From positions 6,696,001 to 6,760,000 of the forward strand of contig OX597826.1 in assembly GCA_951406725.2 (NCBI GenBank): a DNA stretch of 64,000 nt, written 5' to 3'. The translations under genes and the position numbers were made by a program. Shown here one piece after another: positions 40,547 to 54,055 of this stretch. Each line of letters starts with the position of its first letter. Positions within the stretch are counted from its first letter, which is position 1. The stretch is from Octopus vulgaris (taxonomy: Eukaryota). Below the pieces are notes generated by a model. The model did not search any database and was not told where the DNA came from. It saw nothing but the letters and a program-made list of their open reading frames with translations.

Positions 40547-42187
40547 TGGCGTCAAGGGACTTCGGTGAGAAGACTAACTACTGGTGGTAAAATATGATTG
40601 TATGGCAAAATATGTTTATTTTCAAATCGGTACGTACCTCGCCCTTGTGGATCGTGTGAATGTTCTCATAGAGGAAGAGCGTTCATTGAAGATAAAATAG
40701 TGATGTTAAGGATTATCCATATGATGCTGAAAAACCATCTCCATGCTCGCGGTGTCTCTAGATGAATTGAGACGGAAAATTTAAATAAACCCTCAGTAAT
40801 TTAATGCAGCTTGTATTATCGCATATTATCTTGTATTATCAGCGAAGACGTTGAGTGTATTTCTTTCCCGTTGGAAAGTGAGTGACCATGCGAATAGAAG
40901 CTTTCCTTTCAAAATATATCTCTTGGCGACCAACATTAAAACTTAGACGTAATGTAAGTTCTAACTATACATTTGTACAGTATGATTTTTACACCGAGTG
41001 TATCCCTTTAATATGCAATTATCAGTTACTTTACGATTATATTATAACTTATTGTTTACAATATTTGTTATATGTTAACAATATTCAGTTGATTAAACAG
41101 CCTAAATAAAGTCTTCTAAATGACTAAACGGCTTCGATCGCCTAAAAGCGTTTAAAATAATTACTACCGTTTTCATAAGTCGTTACTGCAATTGTTAGTA
41201 AGTTAATTAACTAAACCTTATTTTAAATTCGACACTGCAACAGATGTAAGCAACTATTTATTTCACAGCGCTCAATATTCGTATTTGATAAATTGCTCCT
41301 TACATTTACCTTATTACAAAAGTACCAGCCATCGTATAGTTTTGTTTTGCTTTTTTGTGCCTTTTTTTCTCTTTCACATTTTATGGACGCTATAACTTTA
41401 CCAACTATTGCTAAATCTCATCGAATACTTGTAGACACATCTATCAATACTGCTGTATTTCAGTTTCCATTATATATCTTTATACATCATTTCGTGAATC
41501 TGAAATATTCGCATTGTGCAACGTCGATGAATGATATTTTCTGATAGCAAACATGGCATCGAGACGTGCAATTACTTACATTGACCAATATATATTCAAC
41601 CTACAACTATTATCGCTAATGGCTGCTTGCATATTGAACCGCATGCTTCCTACATATAAAATAAAACTCCTTTGCCTTTCATCGGCGTTCGATTATATAT
41701 AAAAAAAAAACGCAATCCCAATTTCAAGGTATGTATATATCTCTGCATTACTATTTGATACACTGTGCCTATGAATATGTCAATGAGTGAATGCTTTTGC
41801 GATGTAGACTAGCTGCGTGAGGTCACGTTATATATAGAGAGAATTATTTTCTGACTGTTCGTTGTTCTTTTGTTGTGTACATCAGCGTGTTGGTCAGCTT
41901 TTCCATTTGCTCAAACGTAAATGAGAAATGTGCCATTTGTAGAGAGCTCATATATTATGTGTGTGGGGGAATAAATGAGCTAAATTGAGCAGCTATTTGA
42001 GATAAGGAGTATATATATATAATAACACTGCCTGCTTTTTTCAAATCATAATAATGTTCACATATCACTAGCGACACATATTAAGAGTAGTAGTATTTTA
42101 GTACGATACTCACTCAAACATTTGTAACTTCTCATGAAAGGGGAATACATGCATGCGTACATACATACATACATGCATACATTCATT

Positions 42188-42270
42188 CGTTCCTTCTCGA
42201 GCCATGTCTGGCTCATAAGGGCCAATTTCCCGGTTTCCTTGGCGTAGAGGTAACCCATCTGACGGGACGC
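42188..42270. mobile_element. Probable short fragment of another interspersed repeat
   Basis: GC-rich block ccttctcgagccatgtctggctcataagggccaatttcccggtttcc next to a (CATA/CATT) tract; family recalled from memory only. Confidence 0.35.
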
Positions 42271-42453
42271 AAACACAAAAAATTGGTAGAAACTATAGGA
42301 CACGTAGAATTCAGTATCTGAGTAGCATATATATTTTATTTTATTTTAATCGACAATTAAAATAATACGACTAAAGAAACGAGCTTCGAACTAGCGCATA
42401 TCATGGCCAAAACACTTGAGTATTGACACGTTGTATCATCTCCGATTAACATA

Positions 42454-42698
<245 letters not shown>

Positions 42699-43676
42699 GT
42701 ATGCATACCTGTACAGAAAAGCGAGATGTTCAACGGGGTGGACTAATGCTATAATTCTAAACGTATTATCTATCACATGCTATGAGAGTGAAACCATATG
42801 TTCTCCATAAGTACCTAGCTTTCAGTATATCTCGATATCATTTTGAATGTAAATTGTGTTTTTATTTCATTAAATCTTTCTTGCTAATTGCTTTTATTAT
42901 CACTATTCTATGGCCAATGCAGCAAAATAATGTTTATCGTATTACGCTATTGCATTACGTTATTAGACTTCGGTATTCTATACTTAACGAAAAAACCAAG
43001 AGTGTCAGTTACATCTTATAACAATTTAATTACGGAGACCATTCAGATCACTATTGGTATATCTCTTCATACTGAAGGGATTAAACCGGCAAAACATGTA
43101 ATACACAACAAAGTATTTAATCAAATATAAATTCTACTAAGTTACTTAAAAATTAAACTTAGTGAGATAAAAAAATAATTTGTTTAAATCATTTAATATA
43201 TCATTGTCATTGATAGAAAACTATTAAGTTATATAAGGTCCCCTTTCGTTCCCCTTAATCTACCGTCTCACAGCCATACACATACACGCAAGTACTCGCA
43301 CGCACACACACTCGTATACACACGAAAACACATACGAACACACCACAATACGCATAAACATGTAGACATCAATTATATTGTAAGAGGTAAACAGTGGAAA
43401 CGAATTGCCGGATTAGTTATATACCCTGGTGATAATTCACAATATCAGTAAAGGTAATATTTACACGTTCTTATATTTGCGATAATACATCCTGTGTATT
43501 CATGAGCCTATCTGTGAGAAAAAAGGGCGACCAAGTCCTAGTAAGGGCCACATTTATCTACCTTTCTGCACAACTAAATTTGGGACATGTTTACATTTCC
43601 TTCCAAAATACACAGTGTTAGCATATCTGTGAGAGATATTTTCTTCTTATCTCGGATATCTTGCTAGTAGTCAACG

Positions 43677-43927
43677 CTCTTTTACTCTTTATACTCTTTT
43701 ACTTGTTTCAGTCGTTTGACTGTGGCCATGCTGGAGCACTGTCTTTAGTAGAGCAATTCGACCTCAGGACTTATTCTTTGTAAGCGTAGTACTTATTTAT
43801 TCTGTCTCTTTTGCCGAACCGCTAAGTTACGGGGACGTAAACACACCAGCATCGGTTGTCAAACGATATTTGGGTGACAAACACAGACACACAAACATAC
43901 ACACACGCATACACACACACATACACT

Positions 43928-43970
<43 letters not shown>

Positions 43971-44160
43971 CTCAGTCGCCATGTTAGATCGTTAGCCGCT
44001 ACACACATTTTTTTCTCTCCTTGTTTTTTCTATGTCCCTTTCTGTAGAAGACCGTAGGCTCGAAACGTATAATACTTTTTCTATTCGTGAGCGTTATACT
44101 AATACATCTGTTTGTTTTGTACACCACCTGTCTTCGTCTTTTGCTTTTTTCGTAAACTCT

Positions 44161-44220
<60 letters not shown>

Positions 44221-44364
44221 GATGGGCTTCTTTCAGTTTCCGTCTACCAAATCCACTCACAAGGCTTTATTAGAAATCATTTGCCCAAGGTGCCACGCAG
44301 TGGAACTGAACCCGGAACCATGTGGTTGGTAAGCAAGCTACTTACCACACAGTCACCCCTACGC
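43677..44364 (-). mobile_element. SINE family A copy interrupted in its internal microsatellite
   Basis: Tail part about 43677-43900, head part about 44219-44364. Confidence 0.88.
43971..44163 (+). mobile_element. Family C short PLE-like element nested in the SINE A (TA)n tract
   Basis: Core ctgtagaagaccgtaggctcgaaacgta; (TA)n on both sides. Confidence 0.82.
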
Positions 44365-44543
44365 TGAATATATATTTCATATGTTACGATTCGAAGTAAT
44401 GTTATGTTCTTTTTGTGAAGTTTGATACAGAAGTATTACATGTGTTACACCTCGAAGCAACCGTATTTTCGGTTTGTGAAGTGACGATTTGCACAGAATA
44501 ATTCTAAATCCGTAAAGAGCGACATTTGAAACTTCAATACAAA

Positions 44544-45582
44544 ATGCCTCCGAAAAAAAAGAGCATCCTTTGGAAGAAAGTTTCATGGAGCGAGTGCAAT
44601 GCAGCTACAAAGGGAGGGTGAAGGTGAAGACAAAATCTCCAAAAAGAAAAAAAAAAAGATCAGTGGAATCTAGGCAAATTGAATCAGAAGAACAAAGATC
44701 ACAAATGCTTGCTGATGATAGGACAATGAAGAAAAACGTCCTCAAAAGGTATCAGTTGTACGAAAATCATTAAGACAGCAAATGGAGAGAAATAGAGCAG
44801 CTCAAAATCGGCATGAAGAAACTGAATCTCAAAGAACTCGAAGACTATGTAAACATAGAACAAAAACAGAAGATTTACGATTTACAAAAGTTGCCGGGTG
44901 GAACTTTGCTGCTTTTAGTTACAATCCAAACTAGGACTCCACCTTAGAAGCTATATTCAAATTCTCTCAATGATTGGGTTGTTCAAATGGAATTATTGCC
45001 TTGAAGGGACTGCTGATTGGTAGGACTACTGAAGCAAGACATTTTCTTCGAAATATGCAGAAGTACAATAATGCATTCCAAAGTAATTCTTCTGGTGCAA
45101 ATCTCGTTCATTACGGTAGTTTTATGCTCACTTTCAAGATCCAATGTCAAGTGTACAATAGAACTGGACCACTTCAGCAACTTTCTTTCAGAAGAAACAA
45201 AAATATTTATAATTGCATTTCATAGGTGATACGAAAAAGCAAGCTCAAACAAGATATTAAAGGAATAATAAAACAAAGAATGATATCATATTAAACCTAC
45301 AAAACATGCTACATACAAGAAACGGCCATATTAGAAGGTTCAAATATACCCTAAAGAATGGACAAGAGACCATCAGGAGAGCGTTCACTGCGATATAATG
45401 CACCTGGAAGTAATGAAGTTGCTATTGTAATATCTGGAGAAAAGCAGGATAAGCGTGATATAATCCTTTATGGGAGTGATAATCTATTCCAGAGAATAAA
45501 TAAAATACATCGCTCTTATGATACTCTCCAATACAAATTAACTTATGTAAATCTGGAAGATGTAAAGTCATTAGAAATGTAA
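44544..45582 (+). pseudogene. Helitron Rep/helicase N-terminal remnant
   Basis: MPPKKKS start, ESEEQR-type repeats, CSNG, FLRNMQKYNNAFQ, TFKIQCQVYNRTGPL, RYNAPGSNEVAIVI, RDIIL, HRSYDTLQY, which are typical motifs upstream of the Helitron Rep domain; stops and frameshifts. Confidence 0.88.
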
Positions 45583-47571
45583 CAACCTAAAGACACATTT
45601 ATGGACGTCACTAAAATGACAGAGGGTATAAGTTAGAATCAACATTGCTAGAAATAAGAGGCAAAACAATTCAGTTTCTACAGGAGCACTATCTTAATGA
45701 GTGGAAAGAGAGACAGTATCCTTAACGGACATGGCCATATCGCCGGTGATTTCGAATTTTGATGTTAGAATATCTTAATTCTCAACGATGGATCTTACGC
45801 GCCTAGGGTTAAACTCAACTCACCATGTCAACTTATATATAAGTACATAGACATACGCACGCGCATGTGTGTGTACCGGTATGCAGAATGAGAGACTCTG
45901 GAACCTAACAGTATGAAATAATATAATTGATTCTTAGTAATAATGAACTGCTTAAACGTTAACAGTTACCACCATATACAGTCACTTGTTTATATTACAG
46001 ACATCTACCTATAGGCACAACTTTACAAATAGATTTTTATGTAGATCACTTATGATTATTAAATATAACTTGGACCTAAGGTGTAGATGTTTGAATTTTG
46101 TAGTTCCCTGTCGACATTTTTATTAATACTTCATTTTAAACGTTTAAAATTAAATTTTATGGACATAATTCTTAATATTTATGCTGGAGTACTTACAATG
46201 TAATCACGTTTTGGATGTTAAAACCACAAAGACATACATTATTACTAACTTAACCCTTATCAGATTCAATGAAATATAATTTTGCGAAATTAATATTTTA
46301 GAAAATTAACAATGGTTAAGTTTAGTGAATCCGGCATGCCCGTGTAAAAATATATTTACTGAGCTAATACAAATATTCTACAAAATAATGGAACCATGAG
46401 GGATTTTCCATGGTTTTTCAATCGAAGAGTTTTCAGTTTAGGGAAAAGAAAACATTCTAGTTGTTGCGTATACATATTGGAAAGAAATAACGTTTCCATA
46501 TAAATTATTATAACAATTTAACCAATGAATTTTAGTAAATCAACAATGATACTCTTCGAAGAGGCCAGGAAACAGAAGAAAGAAGAAGAAAGAAGACATG
46601 CACCCAACACCAGAGATGAAGACACCCTCCGAAATAGGGGGGGAGGTCAAAACGGTAGAGGAGTAGGGGCCGAAACCGGAAGTGGTTCCTCCTGATGATG
46701 TTTTGAGCTAACTGGATCCTATAAAGGAGCTGATGTGGTAGCAGACCACGAAACAGTTGTAATTCCTCTGAATGCTCTTTCCAGTATGCGACATTTTAGT
46801 CCCATCTCCTAAACATGTAACTAGGACTATTATATTAGAGTAACTGAAATGAAACTGGGCAAAGCAAGGGTATGGTAGGAAGGACCTACCCGGTTTGCTG
46901 CACAATGAACCGGATCCGGAAGAACGCATCTGCAACGAGAAGTTGTTAACCACATGGCCTATGTCCACGACACATTTTAAAGAAATTATACACATATGTT
47001 TGAAATATTTTCTGACTGCAACTATCGGTTTAGCTAATATTAACTCTTTACAGAACTACGTGTTCTGTTTTATTCAATCTAGTGCAGCAATATTTATTTC
47101 TCTGAATGATATACAATAACCGTAGTCAGTGCTTGGTGAATCTGACTCGAGGGCTATACGGCAGAAAGAGGTAGCCGCGTGCTGATGACGGATGTGCAAG
47201 GCTGAGTTATTTATTTTGTTTTCAAATTTTCGGGTATTCTCATAATTCGGCTTTTGGTAGATAGACGGAAATGTATTCTCACCCGAAACGTTGAAACTGA
47301 AGAATATGTCGAAGACGCGTCACATTCCCTGGATAATAAAATAAACTTTATTCTTAAAATTCACCCGCCACAATTACCCAACGTTTTATCACAAAATTTG
47401 TTGTGAGGAATTTGACCGTCGAAAATACACTTTTAAGATCGGTTTTAAGATTAGCTACGAAAGTAATCCATTTTTTATTGATCCTTTTTTATTAATTTAC
47501 ATAATTTTCCCATTATTTTTGATGAGGTCTTCAATGCACTTCTCTCGCCACAATATATAGTGGATATCTAA

Positions 47572-47774
47572 GGCGGCGAGCTGCCAGAAACTTTAGCACG
47601 CCGGTCGAAATGCTTAGCAGTATGTCGTCTGTCTTTGTGTTCTGAGTTCAAATTCCACCAAAGTCGACTTTGCCTTTCATCCTTTCGGTGTCGATAAATT
47701 AAGTACCAGTTGCGTACATGTGTCGATATGGCTTCCTCCTCCAAAATTTCCGGCATTGTGCCTAGAGAAGAAAC
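47572..47774 (+). mobile_element. SINE family B copy (tail type 2-like)
   Basis: ggcggcgagctgccagaaac...gagttcaaattcc...gtcgactttgcctttcatcctttcgg. Confidence 0.88.
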
Positions 47775-48642
47775 GAATATATGGAAGATTTCATTTGAAT
47801 ACACAGAATTTGGGAATTGGCGATTACTTGGAAAACATCACAAGTGATATAGAGACCCAAGGAAACTCTCTGCTGTTCGTAGCTAACATTTATGTCGAAG
47901 TATGCTATTTCTTTTAATGTACAACTAAATTAGATATCTAAAGTGTATATCATTGCAGATATCTTACCAGTACGGCAAAAGAGACTGATATAATAAGAAC
48001 CAGTCTTTAAAACACAAATAATTATTTGTGTTGATTGATTCGAGTAATGTTCTACAAGACAGTGATCCAGCAAGGGTTACAGTCGAATGACACATTCAGA
48101 TAACACATAACAGATATATTTAGTGATTTCAAAAATACCTAATCACAAACAAGACACGCAATCGCAATGTCGAGTAATATAAATGATGCAAGTATCTTAC
48201 AAGGAATTAATACCTAGAAATTTAACACGCATATCTTATTAAATTGTAACACCATTTACAACTATTAAATAATTTCTGACCCTTACGGCGCTGCTACAAG
48301 TGTGCGAGTTAGCGGTTTCTCATTTCGTTCTAATCTAATCTGATCTAATCTAATCTGAGACTGCGATATTTTGTTCGTTCAGTGTAAGAAAAATAACTAA
48401 ACAGTTTTTCTGAAATGACAAAGAACATAAAATGAAACAGGGTCATTTCAAATTTTAAAGTTTTCCTGATGACAGAAACGGAAACACGTGTTTATTTTCA
48501 CAGTTAAGGTCAAAATTTACGTGTACTGAAGAAAACATTTACGAAAAGCTATAAAACATCTACACGTACGTACATACAGATGACAGACACATAGACAGAC
48601 AGACGGACAGACATACACACACGCACACACACACACATTCAT

Positions 48643-48674
<32 letters not shown>

Positions 48675-48707
48675 TTATATATATATATATATATACACAT
48701 ATATAAT

Positions 48708-50920
48708 AGTCAAGGTAGCTCCACCTAATGACCTCAAATTAATATCTATAATAGCAGGCTCCGCATGCGAAGCTCACCGCTTCAGCAACTTTTTAGACAC
48801 CCTGGTAAAGCCATTCCTCAAGCGTATCAAAAACTATATAAGGGACTATTTAGATATACTCAACCAACTCTCTGAAACAATTAATAAAATAACCCTACTA
48901 GTATCCTTCGAAGTAGTCAACCTGTACATTGATATCCCCCATAACCTAGGAATAGAGGCTATTCAGTTCTGACTAGAGAATTACTCCAATGAACTCCCAC
49001 ACCGCATCAAAATATAATTCGTGATAGAAGGGCTAAAATTCATCTTGGGGGATAACATCTTCCTATTTAATAACAACTTCTATCGACAGAGCCTGAGAGA
49101 ACGATGGGCACGACAATAGTCCCCTCCTTTACTAATCTACCTAGAAATCACTCTTTATTGTAAGGTATTCGTAAAAATACGGAAACTCATTCTTCCTTTA
49201 CATAGAAAATAACTGGAAGAGATATCTAGATGACTTCTTCATTCTTTGGTGTGTAATTATAGAGAGACTTAAAGAATTTCAAGCACTTCTGAATGGATTT
49301 GACATAAACATTCAATTTACGAAGGAATATAGCCATCAACAACTTCCTTTCGTCGACATCCTCATTAAGAAATCCAACAGCAAAATAGAAACACACATAT
49401 ACAATAAGCCCACGGATTCCAAGCAATATCTACCGTTGAAACACATACCACCAAGGCATACTAGAAGGAATATCTCTTTCAAACTGGCTAAAAGGATTTG
49501 CACTATAGTATTTGATACATGCACGAGGGACACATGACAACATGAGCTAAAGGAGACACTTGTCAGCAAGAATTACCCACCATCACTAATTAGCATAGGT
49601 TTTCAACGTACCCTACATCTCAACGTCCACGAAATCAGACATCCCAAACCAAAGAAAGAATTACCACTGAAAGAACAACTATACTTATCCACCCCAACCA
49701 CTAAACTATGTGGCCTTCGATACCATCATCCAGAATATTCCTTTGCTAAACAGGGACCATGTAATGAATCAAATCCTCCAAACGCACACCATCATAAAGA
49801 GGAAAAGACAACCCAAGTGGATGAAAAATATTCAAACACAAGCCCAAATAAATTCGTCGACAACTTTGATACCGACAGTGAAAAAATTGCGGAAGACCTA
49901 ACAGTGGTAGATGCGTCAGCTTAACTGAGGGATCGGATTTCTCCTTCAAGCAGAGTTTTACAGCGAAAAACTTCAAACGTGCTTCAGGAAAACCTGATAT
50001 GTGTGCTAACTTAGGGTGTCCAGAGCAATATATCGGTTAAACTAAAAAAGGCGTACAGATTACAGATTAAAATACGGGAATACAAAAATCTAGAATTAAG
50101 TAAACTCATTGATATTTGCACCTCTAATGAACAACCCAACTTTAGAATTTCTCCGCTCTGTAAATTTAACGACAATGCAACCTATAATCAGGACTTTAAC
50201 AAAGAATCATTTTTATTGCAAAATATAGACATTTTTTATGCTTCCGCCCCAGATGACACTACTACAGGGATCTAGGAATGATACCCTCGGTAATATTGAA
50301 AACGATAGATATATTTAGAACAGTCGCTACGCAAGAATTTATTTAAAACAATTCCTACTAGTGCTACTACAAGCATAACAGTTTAACGTGAGGCCATTTA
50401 AGCATTAAATCAGATTCCACGGACAACTTTACTACTGGGTGTTGCCACTCACGTTTTTCTTCTTCTTCTTCTTCATCTTCTTCTTCATCTTCTTTTTCCT
50501 TATTCTTCTTTTTCATCTTATCTTCCCTCTTTTTCGCATTCTCCTTCGGCTACTGCTTAAACAATCAAACTTCAGAACCCAATATATCTTTGCACTCAAA
50601 ATACAATTTTTCAGATCTGCCATTACCTACCTTACGAATCTAAATAAAGGAAGAGAGACAGACAGGCAGATAGAATGAGAGACTGAAAGACAGACAGAAA
50701 AAAGGAAAATGGTCTACCTATTTGAAGAATATGGAAATATTTACAAAACATTAAATGTTTTCTTCAGTTTAATTGTTTTTCTCCTTAATTGATATCCACC
50801 TTTGTTTTACACTTAGTTGAAAAGTTCGAAAAGACAGAAACCGGTATTGAACATTAAGAAATGTATTTCATAATAAAATTATTTTAGCAATTTCTACCCT
50901 TACTTATTTTCCTATATACT
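48708..50920 (+). mobile_element. 5'-truncated Penelope-like element: RT + GIY-YIG pseudogene + 3' region
   Basis: LVSFEVVNLYIDIPH, DNIFLFNNNFYRQ, MGT, WKRYLDDFFILW (YLDD at 49223-49234), LPFVDILI, IYNKPTDSKQYL, CPEQYIG*T; microsatellites on both flanks; many stops. Confidence 0.92.
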
Positions 50921-51035
50921 TATATATATATATATGTGTGTGTGTGTGTACATATATCAATCTATATATTGAATTATTAATACAACAGTGTGTATGTATG
51001 TATATATATATATATATATACAGAGAGAGATAGGG

Positions 51036-51116
<81 letters not shown>

Positions 51117-51845
51117 TGATTTACAGTCATGATCTACAGTAATTCTGCTATCCCTAGTTTAGAAACAAATTACTGATTTATTTTGAACTTAGATACTATT
51201 TTTTTTTACATTGAGTGTTTCTGAAAAGTAAACAAAAATCAAAAAAAGACATTCTTTTATAGTTAACTATAATGATTTTCCTTTTTATTCCTTTCATTCA
51301 GCATTTGTTTCTTCCTCTCTTTTCTTCGTAATAATACAATCTATCAAAACATATTTTTCCTTTTGTTTGTATTAAACAAATATTATTCAGATAGTGCCCG
51401 TCTAGCAGATGTTTCCTGAACATATATTCACATGTGCTTTAAAAGAATCGGTAATTAGGTTGGCAAATTTATTTGCATGTTTTCATATGAACTTCGATTA
51501 TTTTCTCATAAACTTTCTATAAATGCCTTACGATATTGTTAATTTATTTTTCACAATCCATGGATAATATCCCCAATATTGCTACAAATTGCTTAGTATA
51601 TTATATATCATACGACCTTGTGTATGTATATATATATATTTATTTTATATCTATTTTATATTTATTTATTTATTTTATCTAGTTTCAGCTCACGAGCTGT
51701 GACCATGCTGGGGCACCGCCATATATTTATATTAAATAATATCGGGGTAATAAAGATTTTAGAAATTTTCACTACCAGTGGCCTAGGGTATAGAGAATTT
51801 AGTCAATAGACTATATATTATTCATATAAAATATAGTGTATATTT

Positions 51846-52042
51846 AAACACATTGAGGTTTCCACCATAGGAATCCCTTATTTTATTTGCTAAAATAAGT
51901 CATAAACCATGGTCCAGAAAATAGATGGTAAATGTTTTTATTTTTCATTCCATTCACGAATTTATCCCCAGTTAGTGGTTTGAACTTTAGCTATTCCTTC
52001 TAGCGCAAGGGATTCTTATGATGGAAACCTCTTTATGTGTTT
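51846..52042. repeat. ~35-bp-arm inverted repeat, possible small MITE
   Basis: aaacacattgaggtttccaccataggaatccctt versus aagggattcttatgatggaaacctctttatgtgttt. Confidence 0.7.
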
Positions 52043-52050
52043 TATATATG

Positions 52051-52118
<68 letters not shown>

Positions 52119-52434
52119 CATTTGTGTATATTTACATATATGTGTGTATGTGTGTGTGTGTATGGATATTACATAGACATTAATCGCAAATTCATAGTCT
52201 ATGTCTTTGTTTTTTTTGTTTTTGTTTAAACGCCTATTTGCTGTTGGATAACGTCTGGGAAAGCTCCCTGAATAGCAACGTGTGTTAAAAAATACCTTGT
52301 TCGAGACTACACGAGACAATTCGTCCCAAAGTGATCGAGAATGATAGATAACGATATTTCGCCAATGCTGTGGCTTATCAATAATATATACTCGGATCGC
52401 TTTGAAACGAAATATATCGCTGAATCTCTAATAT

Positions 52435-52515
52435 AGACGAGTGAAATTCATCTGCCGTACTGTCTCGTGACACACGTGGTAAAAAATTGGGACGAAATAT
52501 GAATTTCACTCGTCT
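52435..52515. repeat. Perfect 17-bp inverted repeat in a CpG-rich patch
   Basis: agacgagtgaaattcat at 52435-52451 and atgaatttcactcgtct at 52499-52515. Confidence 0.85.
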
Positions 52516-53218
52516 CTATAAATTCGGATATGCTAACTGTCTCGTGTGATGTTCTGATGGCGCTTGGTCAGAAATGCAAAGGGTAAGTTTTCTAGCATTT
52601 TCTAATTTATATTTATCGGAGTATTATGTTGATAAGGATATTAAGTTTTATAATTCTAATCCAGAAATGCGTCCATAATTAACCGACGACTTTTTGATTT
52701 AATTATTTTATGTTATCTATGGAGTCATATTTTGTAGCGAAAAGAAATAACGGTCTTTTGGCTGCTGTTTCTAAATCTTTTGGTATGTGGTTAAACAACT
52801 TGTTGCTAAACCCTTAATTATGGTTATAAATATATATAAACCTTTTTTGAGATGTGGGCCGCATGTGTCATGGCTCGTTATTCGACAAGTCTGAGTACTA
52901 ATCAAATCAAGGTAAGTTTGTGCTAGGTATGCCCTTCGGAAAGTCCAGTGGGAAATTTACCCATGACTGGAATATTTAGAAAAGGGAAACTTATGAGATC
53001 AGATGTATGCCTTTTAATAGAAGATTGTCGAAATTGTTATTCTTTGCAGAGATTATTTGTAGGCATCAGTAATTGTAAAGGTATTACATTTATTTGGTGA
53101 TGGGCAAACAGAGAAGGAGTTTTACCAACTGCGTAACATTTGTTTTGTCTCACAAATTTTTAAACGCTGAAGGGGTATTATGTACCTTTCTTCACTCAAA
53201 AGCAAATACTAGTACATG

Positions 53219-53356
53219 TTTCTTTATTACCCACAAGGGGCTAAACATAGGGTGGAGAAACAAGTACAGACAAACGGATTAAGTCGATTACATCGACCCC
53301 AGTGCAAATACCGCTAAGCATTTCGACCAACTTGCTAACGATTCTGCCAGCTCGCC
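53219..53356 (-). mobile_element. SINE family B copy with central deletion
   Basis: Tail type 1 joined directly to the head (ccagtgc|aaataccgctaagc). Confidence 0.85.
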
Positions 53357-53809
53357 CCGGCAGTTAAAAAGGTTTCTACTTGTAGTTCAAAGTGCAAAGC
53401 TTAGATAAGGACGAAAGTTAATATTTCAAAGGGTTATATCAGAAATTCCGTCAACTGCGACACACTGTGCCTCAGGTCAATGGATTATCAATACTCAGAT
53501 TTATATAATCATTTCAATGAGTTGTCGTACTTTATTAGGTATGTATTTATTTGGCCCCCTTTCTTAAAATTTCCATTTATTATTGATATTATATTAGTAA
53601 TGTTGATTTGATTTGCTTCATCAGACGAAAAACATATTGTTACCAAAACAGTTTTGCATAATTTCCAAAATTTGTGAACGAAAATGAATGGGAAAAATCC
53701 AACTGATTCATTATCTTCAATCTGAGGATCACGTTTAAACTTTTGAAACAGAAGAGATGAGAATCCGCTAAAGACAAGAACCGGTGACAAAACATACTAA
53801 GGAGTAAAG

Positions 53810-54055
53810 AATTGCAGCGTGGAAGATGTTTCGAAGCCATTTAAGAACACACAAAACCGTAGGTTTCCCTTCAACATTTAAATTTAATTCGTATCAAAAT
53901 ATTTTCTCCGCTTTGAAATCATGGCCTGCGAGGCAGCGCCAAGTTTTGTTAGCGAATAGGGCGCGGTTTCAAAGCTACGAAAATATTTTGACACAATTTA
54001 AATTAAAATGTTGAAATGAAATTAACGGTTTACAAACATCTTCTACGCTGCAATT
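53810..54055. mobile_element. Fold-back / MITE-like element with ~100-bp imperfect arms
   Basis: aattgcagcgtggaagatgttt...tcaacatttaaatttaa...tcaaaatattttc...gctttgaaa mirrors tttcaaagc...gaaaatattttga...aatgttga...aaacatcttctacgctgcaatt. Confidence 0.8.

Noticed and set aside
46725-46770. Hammerhead-like ctgatgtggtagcagaccacgaaac
   Set aside because: The core reads CUGAUGU rather than CUGANGA, and no valid cleavage triplet or stem I register exists
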